Made by a program: the position numbers and the translations under genes. A stretch of 52,796 bases of DNA, counting the filler, from Stramenopiles sp. TOSAG23-3 (lineage: Eukaryota), in the NCBI GenBank assembly GCA_900128585.1. It is 4 parts of 4 records of this genome, joined end to end, with 100 filler letters (N's around TTAATTAATTAA, not from the genome) between each part and the next. Parts side by side here need not be neighbours in the genome. Positions count along the whole stretch, not along the records: positions 1 to 24,269 come from LT642308.1; positions 24,370 to 48,551 come from LT642309.1; 2 more parts are not named here. The stretch is one strand, 5' to 3'. Below the pieces are notes generated by a model. That model worked only from the letters and a program-made list of their open reading frames with translations, was not told the DNA's origin and did not search any database. Each line of letters begins with the position of its first letter. Within the stretch, counting starts at the first letter, position 1. Shown one piece after another: positions 20,355-30,537 of this stretch.

Positions 20355-20595
20355 AAAACTGGTGGACCTTTACACGCGTTTTTCAAATTCGTTTCCTTCC
20401 GCCCGCATTTGTCTACCCAAATAGTGTACAACAAAAAACCTACTTTGTAGATAATTCATTAATTCGGTTTTATCTAAATTATAAGTCTTAAGCAAATATT
20501 TTGATTTGATTGAAATAAACAAAAGTAAAATGTTTTCTTTCATTTTTGATTTGTAATAACCGCTACTATCCTACCATATGCATAATTTAGATCAT

Positions 20596-20673
20596 AAAAA
20601 CAAGAAAATTGGTTGTTATTTAAAAACAAATCATATAGTGTTTGGTTCTTATTTAAGTAAAATTAAATTTAGC
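20596..20673 (+). repeat. Motif A copy, partial motif B and a degenerate second motif A
   Basis: AAAAACAAGAAAATTGGTTGTTATTTAA, then AAACAAATCATATAGT, then TTGGTTCTTATTTAAGTAAAATTAAATTTAGC. Confidence 0.8.
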
Positions 20674-20955
20674 ATACGACATATTGATAAAAACAAATTA
20701 AAGAGATGAAATAAAATTTTCACATTAAACTTTAGCGCAATACGCGTTTAAAAGAAAAACCGTCAAATAAAGTTTTTCAGTATGAATTTAAGAGAAAATG
20801 TTTGTGATTAACTTTTCTTGTTTTTCAAAATTAATGTACCCGAAAATGAGATTATCCAGAATAACTCTCTTCCGAGATTTCAAAACCAAAACTGTTCGCT
20901 TAACCTCAACACACACGTAATGCTATCACACTTTTAAAAGAGGAGTGTCAGTTTC

Positions 20956-23625
20956 TTAAAGTTCCACTTTCATGGACAAATCAGCGCCTTTGCCTTTCAA
21001 ATATTTGATGAGCCCGAGAAGCAACCGCTTCTCTGAGGCCCGGAAGCGAATGGCTGTTTTTAGGTGGTAATTGAGGGTGGTTCCACTCTTCATTTTTCCT
21101 TTGTCGAGCAGGTCCTCGTCTTCTTTCAGCGATGTCGGGTACAAATCGAGTTTCTTCTGCAGCACGCTGACCAGCATCCCATACTTTTGTTTCCTCGTGC
21201 TTGCTCCATGCGCCACTCCCACAAACTCGTAGACTTGCTCTTGAATGTTTCCAACGGCAAGGCAGGTCTCCATGGAGGGGGAGTTAGTAATTCGCCTTCT
21301 CTTCAACAAACTGGTCTTTTCATCGAACTCTGGGTCGTCTGGGTTAACGTCGAGAGACACTTGAACACAATCGTGTGAGTTAAGATCCAACAGAAAGCCG
21401 TGGTACATTAGGTAGATGTGGTTTGCTTGGCCATAGGGTTCAAAGAGCTGCTCCCCCTTCTTGAATTCCCAAGGCGCCTTGGTGATCGCGTTTCTTCCCC
21501 TGCCATCCAGTCGAGTGGAGTGCACACGGGACGGGTCTGGTCCCTCCATGCAGTTGATAAGGTCAAGCATTGGGGTCAGATGGCCTTCGCCATTCCACCA
21601 AATACGGCGCGAGTCCAAAATCGCGTGGGCCCACCTGTAATTGTCGTACGAGTACACGTTGGGTGGAAGGTACTCTGAGTATTTTGAGAACAGGTGCTTC
21701 TTCACGCCTTTGTACTTTCGCCGGATCTTGTCCTTGTATGCCTTTACATGGGGCAACACGAGAGATCCAGTCAGCTGATCCAGTTCATAGTCGGTCCAGG
21801 CGACTGCCGGGGCGTGCATTTCTGGCAAACTTGGGATCACATTCAAGTAAGGCCACCAAAATGATTTTTCTTTTCGCACGAACCTTTCGTACACGAGGTG
21901 TATGAGCAGTTCGTGGAATGCGTCCCCGCGGGGGTGCTTTGCCAGCAACTCCGAAAACATGGGGCCCAGATGGTCGCACTGGCGGGCAGAAGAGGAATCC
22001 ATTATTGATTCTACTGGGACACCGAGGTACACCTCCTCTGCCTTCACGTGCTCCGTGGTTATTGTACCAATGCGCATTCCCGGGACGGCGGCTGCTTTAA
22101 TTTTGTTCACCGGGGCATTAAATTTCGCAAACCAGTCGTTGAACTCCTTTGCTTTCTTCTCGTCGGAAGCAAACTCTTCTTCCGGTGTCAACTGTTTTGC
22201 TCCCCCAGAATTTTTTTCTTCTTTGCTGTTCTTCCTATCGACTTTGTTTTCGCTGGCAGACGTCCGTGCACCGTGCTCCACAATCAAAAGGGACAGCAGT
22301 CGTTTCTGCGACATGCGGTAGCGAATGGCAACCTCATCGTGGTAGCTTAACTCTACCGCCAACAGCCCTCGTGCCCCTTTCTTCCCGGTCGAGGCAATCA
22401 GGGCCTTGTCGTCTTCATATGTCGTCGAGTAAGACTTCAGTGCATTCTTCAGCAGTTCGTTGAACAATCGCCTCGATCGTGAAAGTATCTGTTCGCTAAG
22501 TCCGGCAAAACACTTCTGGTACGCCGTTTCCGTCACCTTCTTCTGCTTATCTTTCCCGAGCACGTCCAGGCAAGTTTCAATGTGATCGTCCGGGAACGCC
22601 ATCAGCTTGACGTGGTCGCTTACTTCCTTTGGCAACGGCTTTCCGGGCTGCAGGCACATTGGTCGACGGTTGTTCATGCGCATGCGGTCGGCGAGCTTGT
22701 GTCGTAGCCGCTCGTCCCGGCGCACTTGCGGCATGATGACTTCCACGCAGTCGAACGGGTTCTCTTCGACGACGAAACCATGGTGGTTGATGTAGAGCGT
22801 GTTTGTGTTGTCCCCGTAGTCTTCCACGAGCTGCTCCCCCCCGTCGCAGGCCCGGTCGGCAAACACGTTGAAGTGGCCGTTCTGTACTTTGTGGTAGCGC
22901 AAGAACTCTGCGCCGTTGTTCGCCTCGCGCTCTTCGTGGTGCGGGGCGTAGTTGAACATGTCTGCAAACGGCACCAGGTACTTCTTCCCGGACATGGACA
23001 GCGCCCGGCTGCCGACCACCGCGATGGCCCATGCGTAGTTCTTGTACTTGTCCAGGCGCCTGTTCTCTGGAATGTCTTTAAACAGCGCCTTCACTTGCTT
23101 TCCGAGCTGCTTGAAGCGGTTCTTCAGCTGCCGCGCCCGCCGCTTGGCCTCGCTCGTCCGCCTCGGGTTCTGCAAGGCCTTCAGCTCGGCGTCGGAGAAA
23201 AACATTGTCAACGGTACCCGTTTCGGCAGGACGGCCAGGTACGGCTCGAACCGGGAGTCGGAGCCCTTCGCAAGTTCTCGCAAAATAAACAGGGCGACCA
23301 GGTCCTCGTCGTTGCGGAGCGAGCGGTACGCGTTTCGCACGCGCTTGCTCTTGTCGTGCAGTGCGGTGTCACGACACATGCACATGGACAATGGGACGGA
23401 TAGTACCATGTCGTCCTGCTTCAGGGTATTGGTTGCAAAAACACCGCGGCCCATATCTTTCGAAATGCCGACGGTCACCTCCTTGGCTTTTCCCCCCATG
23501 TCTTTGAACCACGTCAAAAATGCCTTTGTAGATTCATCTTGGGAATACCCTTCTTTCGAAGCGTACGCCCCCAGAAGGATTAAAAATGGCAAAAGGGTTG
23601 CAAAAAGCCTACGAAGTTGAAACAT
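20956..23625 (-). CDS. Tandem two-module SET-domain protein (SETD3/Rubisco-LSMT type) with a signal peptide and C-terminal KVEL
   Basis: Module 1: MGRGVFAT..LVPFADMFNY..EQLVEDYG..NHHGF..YSTTYEDD. Module 2: MRIGTIT..LTPMLDLINC..EQLFEPYG..MYHGF..YPTSLKEDE. Hydrophobic N-terminus from ATG 23625; the protein ends MKVEL*. Confidence 0.9.
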   Translation of the reverse strand: MFQLRRLFATLLPFLILLGAYASKEGYSQDESTKAFLTWFKDMGGKAKEVTVGISKDMGRGVFATNTLKQDDMVLSVPLSMCMCRDTALHDKSKRVRNAYRSLRNDEDLVALFILRELAKGSDSRFEPYLAVLPKRVPLTMFFSDAELKALQNPRRTSEAKRRARQLKNRFKQLGKQVKALFKDIPENRRLDKYKNYAWAIAVVGSRALSMSGKKYLVPFADMFNYAPHHEEREANNGAEFLRYHKVQNGHFNVFADRACDGGEQLVEDYGDNTNTLYINHHGFVVEENPFDCVEVIMPQVRRDERLRHKLADRMRMNNRRPMCLQPGKPLPKEVSDHVKLMAFPDDHIETCLDVLGKDKQKKVTETAYQKCFAGLSEQILSRSRRLFNELLKNALKSYSTTYEDDKALIASTGKKGARGLLAVELSYHDEVAIRYRMSQKRLLSLLIVEHGARTSASENKVDRKNSKEEKNSGGAKQLTPEEEFASDEKKAKEFNDWFAKFNAPVNKIKAAAVPGMRIGTITTEHVKAEEVYLGVPVESIMDSSSARQCDHLGPMFSELLAKHPRGDAFHELLIHLVYERFVRKEKSFWWPYLNVIPSLPEMHAPAVAWTDYELDQLTGSLVLPHVKAYKDKIRRKYKGVKKHLFSKYSEYLPPNVYSYDNYRWAHAILDSRRIWWNGEGHLTPMLDLINCMEGPDPSRVHSTRLDGRGRNAITKAPWEFKKGEQLFEPYGQANHIYLMYHGFLLDLNSHDCVQVSLDVNPDDPEFDEKTSLLKRRRITNSPSMETCLAVGNIQEQVYEFVGVAHGASTRKQKYGMLVSVLQKKLDLYPTSLKEDEDLLDKGKMKSGTTLNYHLKTAIRFRASEKRLLLGLIKYLKGKGADLSMKVEL

Positions 23626-24180
23626 GGGCAACGCTTACCAAATAACCTGAAGAGAAACGCAGAGCACGATATAAATTATTTCGTTTGTTCCAACCGATAC
23701 AGTCTCTTTTAAAAAAGAATGAATATATCTTCTTCTTGTTGTTATTTTTGTCTTGTCTTGGCAGGATCTATGACGCAGTAATGAATCTCTGTAACATTAA
23801 AAACATACAGTCTGTATAAAAATAAAAACAAATGCAAACTTTGCTTTACTTACTTCTCTTATTTTATTAAAAAATTCAAGTTCGAAAATGTTTTTAGAGT
23901 ATTTTGAAATTCAAAAATACAATTATTTTTTTTAATCATCTTCTCTATCTCACTCCTCAGGCCCTCAGCTCTTCTCTTAAATATCATCTTCTAAAATAAA
24001 TTTTATTAATAATAATTTTTATCATTCCTATCTGTACCCGTAATTAATCATAGTATAGTATAGTAGTCGTCTAATAAATACCCTCTCCTTCTTTGGTGAC
24101 GGCTTCATTTCATCAAAATCCCTCCCTATTCGTATACTTATACTGTGGTTATATTTAAATTAGTTAGGATGCGACGGACG

Positions 24181-24197
24181 AAAAAAAGAAGAAGGAA

Positions 24198-24267
<70 letters not shown>

Positions 24268-24269
24268 AA
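24181..24269. repeat. (GAAA)n microsatellite at a contig end
   Basis: Directly visible. Confidence 0.95.
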
Positions 24270-24369
24270 NNNNNNNNNNNNNNNNNNNNNNNNNNNNNNN
24301 NNNNNNNNNNNNNTTAATTAATTAANNNNNNNNNNNNNNNNNNNNNNNNNNNNNNNNNNNNNNNNNNNN
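24270..24369. other. Artificial contig linker (N44-TTAATTAATTAA-N44)
   Basis: 100-nt block with a six-frame-stop 12-mer at 24314-24325. Identical blocks occur at 48552 and 50675. Confidence 0.97.
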
Positions 24370-24738
24370 TTCCTTCTGTTCCGCAACTATTGCATCCGCC
24401 GCTCGCTTCTTTGCCTCCCTGGCCTCACGAGCCGCAGTAGCTTTGTCCTGGCGTATCTTGCGTGCGGCCATGGCCCTTTCCCTTTCCTCCTCTCGCCTCC
24501 GCTGATCCGCTTGCTCTCGGGCAGCCTTTCGGGCGGCCAATATTTGATGCCGCGACAACCCCTCGGCGTTTGCGACCGGTGCGGGTGGAGGGCGGGGGCC
24601 ATCCGCGGCGCCGTGTTTGCGCTTCAGTCCACTGTCTGAAGCGGCCGTCACCGCATCGTTCGCGTTCTCTTTCGTTGGCAGACCGCTCTGCTGCGAAACC
24701 GCAACGCTCGGGTCGGTTGCTGAAGATGCGCCCTCCAT
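24370..24738 (-). CDS. 5' fragment of a charged coiled-coil protein; probably the displaced N-terminus of the DDT-domain gene
   Basis: ATG at 24738, GC-rich, R/E/A/K helix running into the linker at ...IVAEQKE. It would continue in frame into AKKKIEEKK at 25885 if 24370-25884 were inverted. Confidence 0.75.
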
Positions 24739-25884
24739 ATTTCAAACTACGACGAATGTAGGAGTGAACTCGGGTTGGATTCTTTTCTTTTGCTTTCGCG
24801 TGTTACGGTCGTACAACTCTTCTTATGTTAATGCAACTTCTTGTTGTAGCACTGTTTAAACACTCTAAATTCCATCTTAATTCAATGAACGGACACAAAT
24901 GAGTCTGTATCAATGACAGGAAGAAAGGATAGATATTATAAATATCCTATGTTACATATATTATAGAAGAGATAGATATGATGAAGAATATATTTTGAAG
25001 AAGAAATGAATGGTTCATTCCTTCTTCCTTCCTTCGTTCCTTCCCTTGCCTTCCCTCCTTCCAATTTCCTATCATTCGTACTCAAGACTACTATATTCAG
25101 TACATAATCGTATTCATTCTTCAATCTCTTCTTCAATGATTTTTACTTTGGTATTGTATTACCAAATATATATATAGTCCTATTGTGTCATTCATAATTT
25201 TTCTTCAATGATACATTTAAGTACAGATTATTGTAGTCTATATTATATTATGCTATATATGATGGTGGATTTGATAAATATGAATGGCGCGTAAAGAGGT
25301 AGGCAAACATAGTAATAGTATGAAGTAAAGGTTTGAAAATGATTCTTTCTCTTCTTTTATTACTGTATTATTTCAAATTCCTTGTTGGTATAATATTATT
25401 ATTATTATTTTATATTTTATTCGTAACATTATATTTTTAATTCTAAAATAGAAGAAGGAGGAAGAAGGAGTTACGCAGGAGAGAGAGATGGGAAGAAGGG
25501 TGGTGGTTGTATTTATTATTATTATTATATTTTTTATTCTTCTTATTTTTTCGTTCTTTACTTACGAGGAGTCGTCTGTTATTTAATTATATAGCTAGCA
25601 GCTGCTCCCTACGGTAATAAAATAATACAACAACGACGTCCGTGTAAATTATAAAAAATATTAATAATACTTCCTCAAATCATCATCAGTTCTTCTTCTT
25701 ACTGTACCAAGTAAGTACCTGGTACCGGTACCGGTACTACTTCTCAACAACAACAACAACAAAACAACAACAAAACAACAACAAAAAAAATAAAATACGG
25801 TAAATAAGAATAATTCTATTATTTTCTAATCATCACCAACAATGCTCATCCTTATCTCAAAATTATTCACAAGACAGTAAATAG

Positions 25885-28800
25885 GCGAAGAAGAAGATCG
25901 AGGAGAAAAAGCGCCTTGAGCAAAAACAGCGAGCCGATGCTGCAGAACGGCGAAAACACAACTATCAGCAGGAGTTGCTGATCAGGAAAAAGCGCCAAGA
26001 GGAGCTAAAGCGGCAAAAAATGGAGTATGAGCGCGCCTGCCGCCGGTACCCGATCGACGATTCCCTGCTGGTCACAGAGCCGCCACGCCCCGGAAAGCCG
26101 CTCCCTGGTCGCCCAAAAGCTAACACCACCCTTCCATTGCCAAATGACATTGTTCCCATGGCACTGCGGGTGTACGATTTTTGCACGAAGCTTGGAGAAC
26201 CATTAAAATTCCAAAGATGCACATTTGAAGAATTTTACATGGCACTTTTGAACTCCCAGGAACCAAACAAGATTGAAGTCTCGGTGTACATGGCCCTTTT
26301 GAAGGTCGTGTTGGATGACATTGACATTGAAAGCGATGAAGAAGATGACAATGGGGGGCTGCGGATAAGGAGCGGCAGCTGGGTGGAAGAACTCGAAAAC
26401 GGGGTGACCAAGCCGTTGGGCCAAGGCATTCCATCGACGTCCATGCTGACGCCCCTTACCTATTCAGAAGTCCTGCGCGCGTACGTGCACTCAACGCCTT
26501 CGGTGCTGGAACAGCACGGAACACCTTCGGTCCGTTCTGCCCTGATGGCGCTTGGAAGCGGCACGAAAGACCCCTGGACTCTCGGGCCAAGGGAGAAGGT
26601 CGCCCTACTAGATTTTCTGGTCATGATCGCTCTTCAAACGGATTTTGTCGCAGAATCGCTCAATGAGCTCAACGCCGAATTCACCGAAGCGCGCCGAGAC
26701 CATTTTGCAGAGCTGCGTGAAGACAGGGCAGAGCGGGCAAAAAAAGCGCGGGCGGCAAAGAGGCGCAAACTTCGAAAGGACAGAGGGGAGGAGACGAACT
26801 CTGATGACGATACCAGCGATAGCGATGAGAGTGAGACCGAAGACGAGGATGAAACCGATGATGAAGGTGAGGAAAATGGCGGGGAGGAAAAAGATGAACT
26901 GTCCGAGACTGCTGACAACTCCGCTGCTCCTGCAGCAACTGCCCCGGATGACAAGAAAGATGACTCAGCAACCGAGGATGAAAAAGAGGATGCGACGACA
27001 AAAGCAGAGGACGCAGCAGCAACCGTGGGCACGGCCGACGGTGAGAAGGATGGCGGCGCGGCTGACACAAAAGATGCTGACGCGGAAGGAGACGCCGCAA
27101 AGAAACCGAAGAGAAAACGTACTCGCCCAGAAGATAACTACATTCCAATACCCGCGTTTCCCAAGATTACGGAAGTGTCGGAAGATGAACTGACGTCTGC
27201 GGATGAAGGGATGAACACCGAAGGCGTAGCAATGGTAGAACGGTCGAAGATCCGGAAGGAGCTCGCCGCAAGAAGGCATCGAAATAAAGACCGCACCGAG
27301 CGCCGAAAGTCCATTGTGTCAGAGAAAGACAGGCGGGAAGCGCTTCTTCAGAAAAGGGATGTTGTCTCTGGTCACATTTTGGACGCAATCTATGAAGAGG
27401 ACTTTCACAAATTGCAGGACGCCATGGAAAACGGCCGCATGAGCGGTCTTGAGGGCAAAAATCAAAACGGGGAACAGTGGAGGTCCGATGAAATGCGCCG
27501 TGGTTACCGGGCTTTGGAAACCCTCCGCCGCAAAGCAGAAAAGGATGCAGACCAACGCAGAAGAGAGATTGCTGCGGAAGGGAAAGCGAGGGCTGCACGA
27601 AGGAAGAAAGCTGAGGAGTACATGGAACTGCACGAAAAAATCAAAGACAAATTCGTGCGCACCGAACCCCTTGGTCTAGACAAAGATTTCAACTCGTTCT
27701 GGCTGTTTCCTGGAGACGATGCGCACGTTTATTGCCAAATCCGACATGAAGACGATGAAGAACAAGGCGAGTGGAAAGTATACCCAAGAGAGCATGTGTA
27801 CATGCTCTATGCATCGCTCGACGAGCGAGGGTTGCGGGAAGACAAGCTTCGCCGTAACCTAGAGCGTCATTTCTTGGACGTGATTGACCAAGGGCGGATC
27901 GCGGGCGAAATATTTGATGTCTGGTCATTGAGTCCAGAGCAGATGAAAGAGGGTTGGAAAATCCGTGGGAACGAGTACATCGGTCGTAAGGTACGGCGTA
28001 TTTATTCCGGAAAATCCGAAGCTGACGGTCGGATTATGGCCTATCTGCCTGCAAATCCTAAAGAAGGCGACCCGGAGTTTTGGTTCATGGTCCACGATGA
28101 TTTGGACGGGGATGGGGAAGACCTCGAGCTCTTCGAGCTGGAGGAAGCGCTGCACAACGTGGTCAATGACATTCACGTGAACCGGATTGATCTTGAGATA
28201 ACATGGGTAGATGAAGGCCACCAATGGCTTGGCCGAAAGGTTATCCTTGAGAACAGTGCCCAAACGAGCAAGAAAGCCTCGCCGGTCGGAACGCTCTACC
28301 GCTATCGAAAGAAGGTCGATTCAACGCTGCCTAATCCTCCAAATGAATGGCTGATCAAGTTCCAAATTCCGTTGAAGAAACAGAAGAAGCATGGCCCGAC
28401 TGATCGCTTCGTTGTAATATCCGAGGCGGAAGTAAAGGAAGGGTTTGTTGCGTATGGTGCCCAGCACTCGTATCGAGACTATACGACACTGAAAGCAAAC
28501 AAGTGGCAGCAACACTTCGGCGGAAAGTTGGGCATGGAGGGCGTGCGCAGCATGATCCATGAACTGCACGAAAGTTGCCTTGATAAAATTACCCGGGCCG
28601 GTAGCGGTTGGAAAAGCATGTCGCAGGGCATGAAAAAGTTCGAAACCCAAATCAACGCTGCCGTAAACCCGTCGGAGTTTATTGAGCCCGTTTTGATGCT
28701 AGAAACTGCAATTCACAAATTGCAAAAGAAGAAGGACGAAAGAAAAGTTCTTTGGCAATACTCTGGAAATCCTGAAATTGGAGTGAGCGTGCGCCGCATG

Positions 28801-29841
28801 GCATGGAAAAATGCAAGTTGGGTGCTATCCGACGGGATTGTCGCAGCTTTTTTGGACGTTGACGGGAGCGAGCCTTGCAAGTGGCACGTAAAGTACGATG
28901 ACGGCGAAGAAGAGAACATGCTGGAAGCTGAACTGATGGTCGCGAAGGAACGATTCAATGCAAATGTTACCGAGTTGGCTGGGGATGAAGCAGAAGAACT
29001 ACAGAGCGGATGGAAAAAAAGTGGTCACCCTATGGTGGGTAAGACTGCCGTAAGGATCGAGGTCCTAAAATCCAGGCTTACTGCTATCAAAGGAACCATA
29101 CAAAAATGGCGTCCCGCCGCGGACGAAACCTCTTCACCCAAGTTCCTCCTGAAAGTCGAATTAAAAGCTGGGAGGACGAAATTGGAGGAAGTAGAACTCG
29201 ACGAAAAGACCGCAGAAGAATCAGTGAAGTGGGGGAACAGTTTGTCGAAAAAAGTTGAAGGGGGTATGAAACTGATGGAGGGTCACGAATGGGTTGGAAG
29301 GCGCGTGCGTCGCATTTTCGACGCACGCACCACTACGGATGCCGTGATCGTGGGTTACTACCCTGCGACAGAAGATGACCCAGCTACTTGGCACGTAGTC
29401 CACGAGGACAACGATGAAGAAGATTTGAATGAATCGGAAGTGCGTGTATCCTTGCAAAACGTGAAGGATAAAAAGAAAGCTGTAGAATCCGAAGAAGAGA
29501 GCGAAGAAGAGTCTTCGGAGGAAGAAGAATCGTCCGAAGAAGAATCATCTGAGGAGGAATCTACGGATGATGATTCCGATTATGAAGGTTCACACCGTGG
29601 TCCATCAGATGTCCCGAATGACACGCTCTGGCCGTCTTGGAATGCTCGAAACACATGGACTGCAACCCTAAATGCCTCCGCATCTTGCTCTTTGGTCGCC
29701 AACGCCGTGTGTGCACTTAGTGACCACGCCCATGACTTCGGCATGTTGGAAGTAAACCGTGGTTCGAAAACGACTCGGTCTGGGAGAGTCGTGAAGAGTC
29801 GGCAAACGAGATTTCATCTACTGTCGAACCCATGGTTCTAA
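25885..29841 (+). CDS. DDT-WHIM1-WSD chromatin-remodelling accessory protein with five Tudor-like repeats; 5' end displaced
   Basis: RYPIDD, DDT-like ALRVYDFCTKLGEPLKFQRCTFEEF, WHIM1-like LGPREKVALLDFL, WSD-like RTEPLGLDKDFNSFWLF..LDERGLREDKL, then repeated G..W.GR.VRR...WHV.HDD.D.EDL units. The frame is open and coding-like from 25885. Confidence 0.88.
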   Translation, partial: AKKKIEEKKRLEQKQRADAAERRKHNYQQELLIRKKRQEELKRQKMEYERACRRYPIDDSLLVTEPPRPGKPLPGRPKANTTLPLPNDIVPMALRVYDFCTKLGEPLKFQRCTFEEFYMALLNSQEPNKIEVSVYMALLKVVLDDIDIESDEEDDNGGLRIRSGSWVEELENGVTKPLGQGIPSTSMLTPLTYSEVLRAYVHSTPSVLEQHGTPSVRSALMALGSGTKDPWTLGPREKVALLDFLVMIALQTDFVAESLNELNAEFTEARRDHFAELREDRAERAKKARAAKRRKLRKDRGEETNSDDDTSDSDESETEDEDETDDEGEENGGEEKDELSETADNSAAPAATAPDDKKDDSATEDEKEDATTKAEDAAATVGTADGEKDGGAADTKDADAEGDAAKKPKRKRTRPEDNYIPIPAFPKITEVSEDELTSADEGMNTEGVAMVERSKIRKELAARRHRNKDRTERRKSIVSEKDRREALLQKRDVVSGHILDAIYEEDFHKLQDAMENGRMSGLEGKNQNGEQWRSDEMRRGYRALETLRRKAEKDADQRRREIAAEGKARAARRKKAEEYMELHEKIKDKFVRTEPLGLDKDFNSFWLFPGDDAHVYCQIRHEDDEEQGEWKVYPREHVYMLYASLDERGLREDKLRRNLERHFLDVIDQGRIAGEIFDVWSLSPEQMKEGWKIRGNEYIGRKVRRIYSGKSEADGRIMAYLPANPKEGDPEFWFMVHDDLDGDGEDLELFELEEALHNVVNDIHVNRIDLEITWVDEGHQWLGRKVILENSAQTSKKASPVGTLYRYRKKVDSTLPNPPNEWLIKFQIPLKKQKKHGPTDRFVVISEAEVKEGFVAYGAQHSYRDYTTLKANKWQQHFGGKLGMEGVRSMIHELHESCLDKITRAGSGWKSMSQGMKKFETQINAAVNPSEFIEPVLMLETAIHKLQKKKDERKVLWQYSGNPEIGVSVRRMAWKNASWVLSDGIVAAFLDVDGSEPCKWHVKYDDGEEENMLEAELMVAKERFNANVTELAGDEAEELQSGWKKSGHPMVGKTAVRIEVLKSRLTAIKGTIQKWRPAADETSSPKFLLKVELKAGRTKLEEVELDEKTAEESVKWGNSLSKKVEGGMKLMEGHEWVGRRVRRIFDARTTTDAVIVGYYPATEDDPATWHVVHEDNDEEDLNESEVRVSLQNVKDKKKAVESEEESEEESSEEEESSEEESSEEESTDDDSDYEGSHRGPSDVPNDTLWPSWNARNTWTATLNASASCSLVANAVCALSDHAHDFGMLEVNRGSKTTRSGRVVKSRQTRFHLLSNPWF

Positions 29842-29898
29842 AAAATATTAATAGTAAACATAAGAATGTTATCTAATCTTAGTAAAGTATTTTTCTAT

Positions 29899-30537
29899 TT
29901 ACAGTGGTTGTTGCACAAAAACAACGGTCTGTTTCACGCGAAAGCACATGTTAGTAATGTTTGGTTGGAAAGAAAAGGAGAAGCCCTGGAGCAATATGGG
30001 GGGTCAGAAGTCTGTATTATACGATGATATCATACTTACCGGGTCGTTCGGGTCGACAAAGGCACTCTGTGCTAAGCCACCACTTGCAGCTTGTGATTGC
30101 AAATCTGCAGAAAACTGTTGTGCATCTTGGCGACCTCTTTCCATTGCCATGAAGAACAGTGGCAGAAATGTCCCGCAACCGCCGTTCATAAAATAAAACT
30201 TGAATTTCCAGTCGCTAAGGCCTTGTTCGGCCCCCACGACAGGTGGGCATTTTCCTGAAAGGTTATTTGCACCAAATATTGGTTGGTTGAATTTTTCCTC
30301 GTACAGAGAGCGAATCGGAAGTCGAAACGATGCAAAGTTGAGCCCATTTACCATTTTGGGTTGGTTAGCGACAAAAAAGAGTGAATGGGACGTAAGGAAC
30401 ATGGTTCCTTTTGCTGAAAATTTTCCTGCCTCGTTAGCTTTGACTGAAAATTCCATACCGCCACGACTGAGCAAAAAGGTCTCCCCTTCAGGCACTTGGG
30501 GAACACCCGAAGGCTGAACTATTGGGTTTAACGCCAT
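29899..30537 (-). CDS. WBP2-like GRAM/PH-fold protein, two exons (30537-30040, 29928-29899)
   Basis: MALNP start, FNQPIFGAN and GGCGTF motifs. A phase-0 intron 30039-29929 (GTAAGT donor, TACTAAC branch site, AAACAG acceptor) restores the family-type ending AFVDPNDP-TVVFVQQPL*. Confidence 0.9.

Noticed and set aside
22577-23620. Long antisense or alternate-frame ORFs over the SET gene (likewise 49258-49953, 51285-51947 and 17986-18528)
   Set aside because: Shadows of real genes, favoured by GC-rich codon usage; no recognisable motifs.
24314-24325. TTAATTAATTAA palindrome repeated three times (also 48596 and 50719)
   Set aside because: Always centred in exactly 100 nt of N. It is a six-frame-stop contig linker, not biology.
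30004-30039. ORF-track C-terminus VSMISSYNTDF of the WBP2-like gene
   Set aside because: Read-through into an intron with a consensus donor, branch site and acceptor. The spliced ending matches the family.
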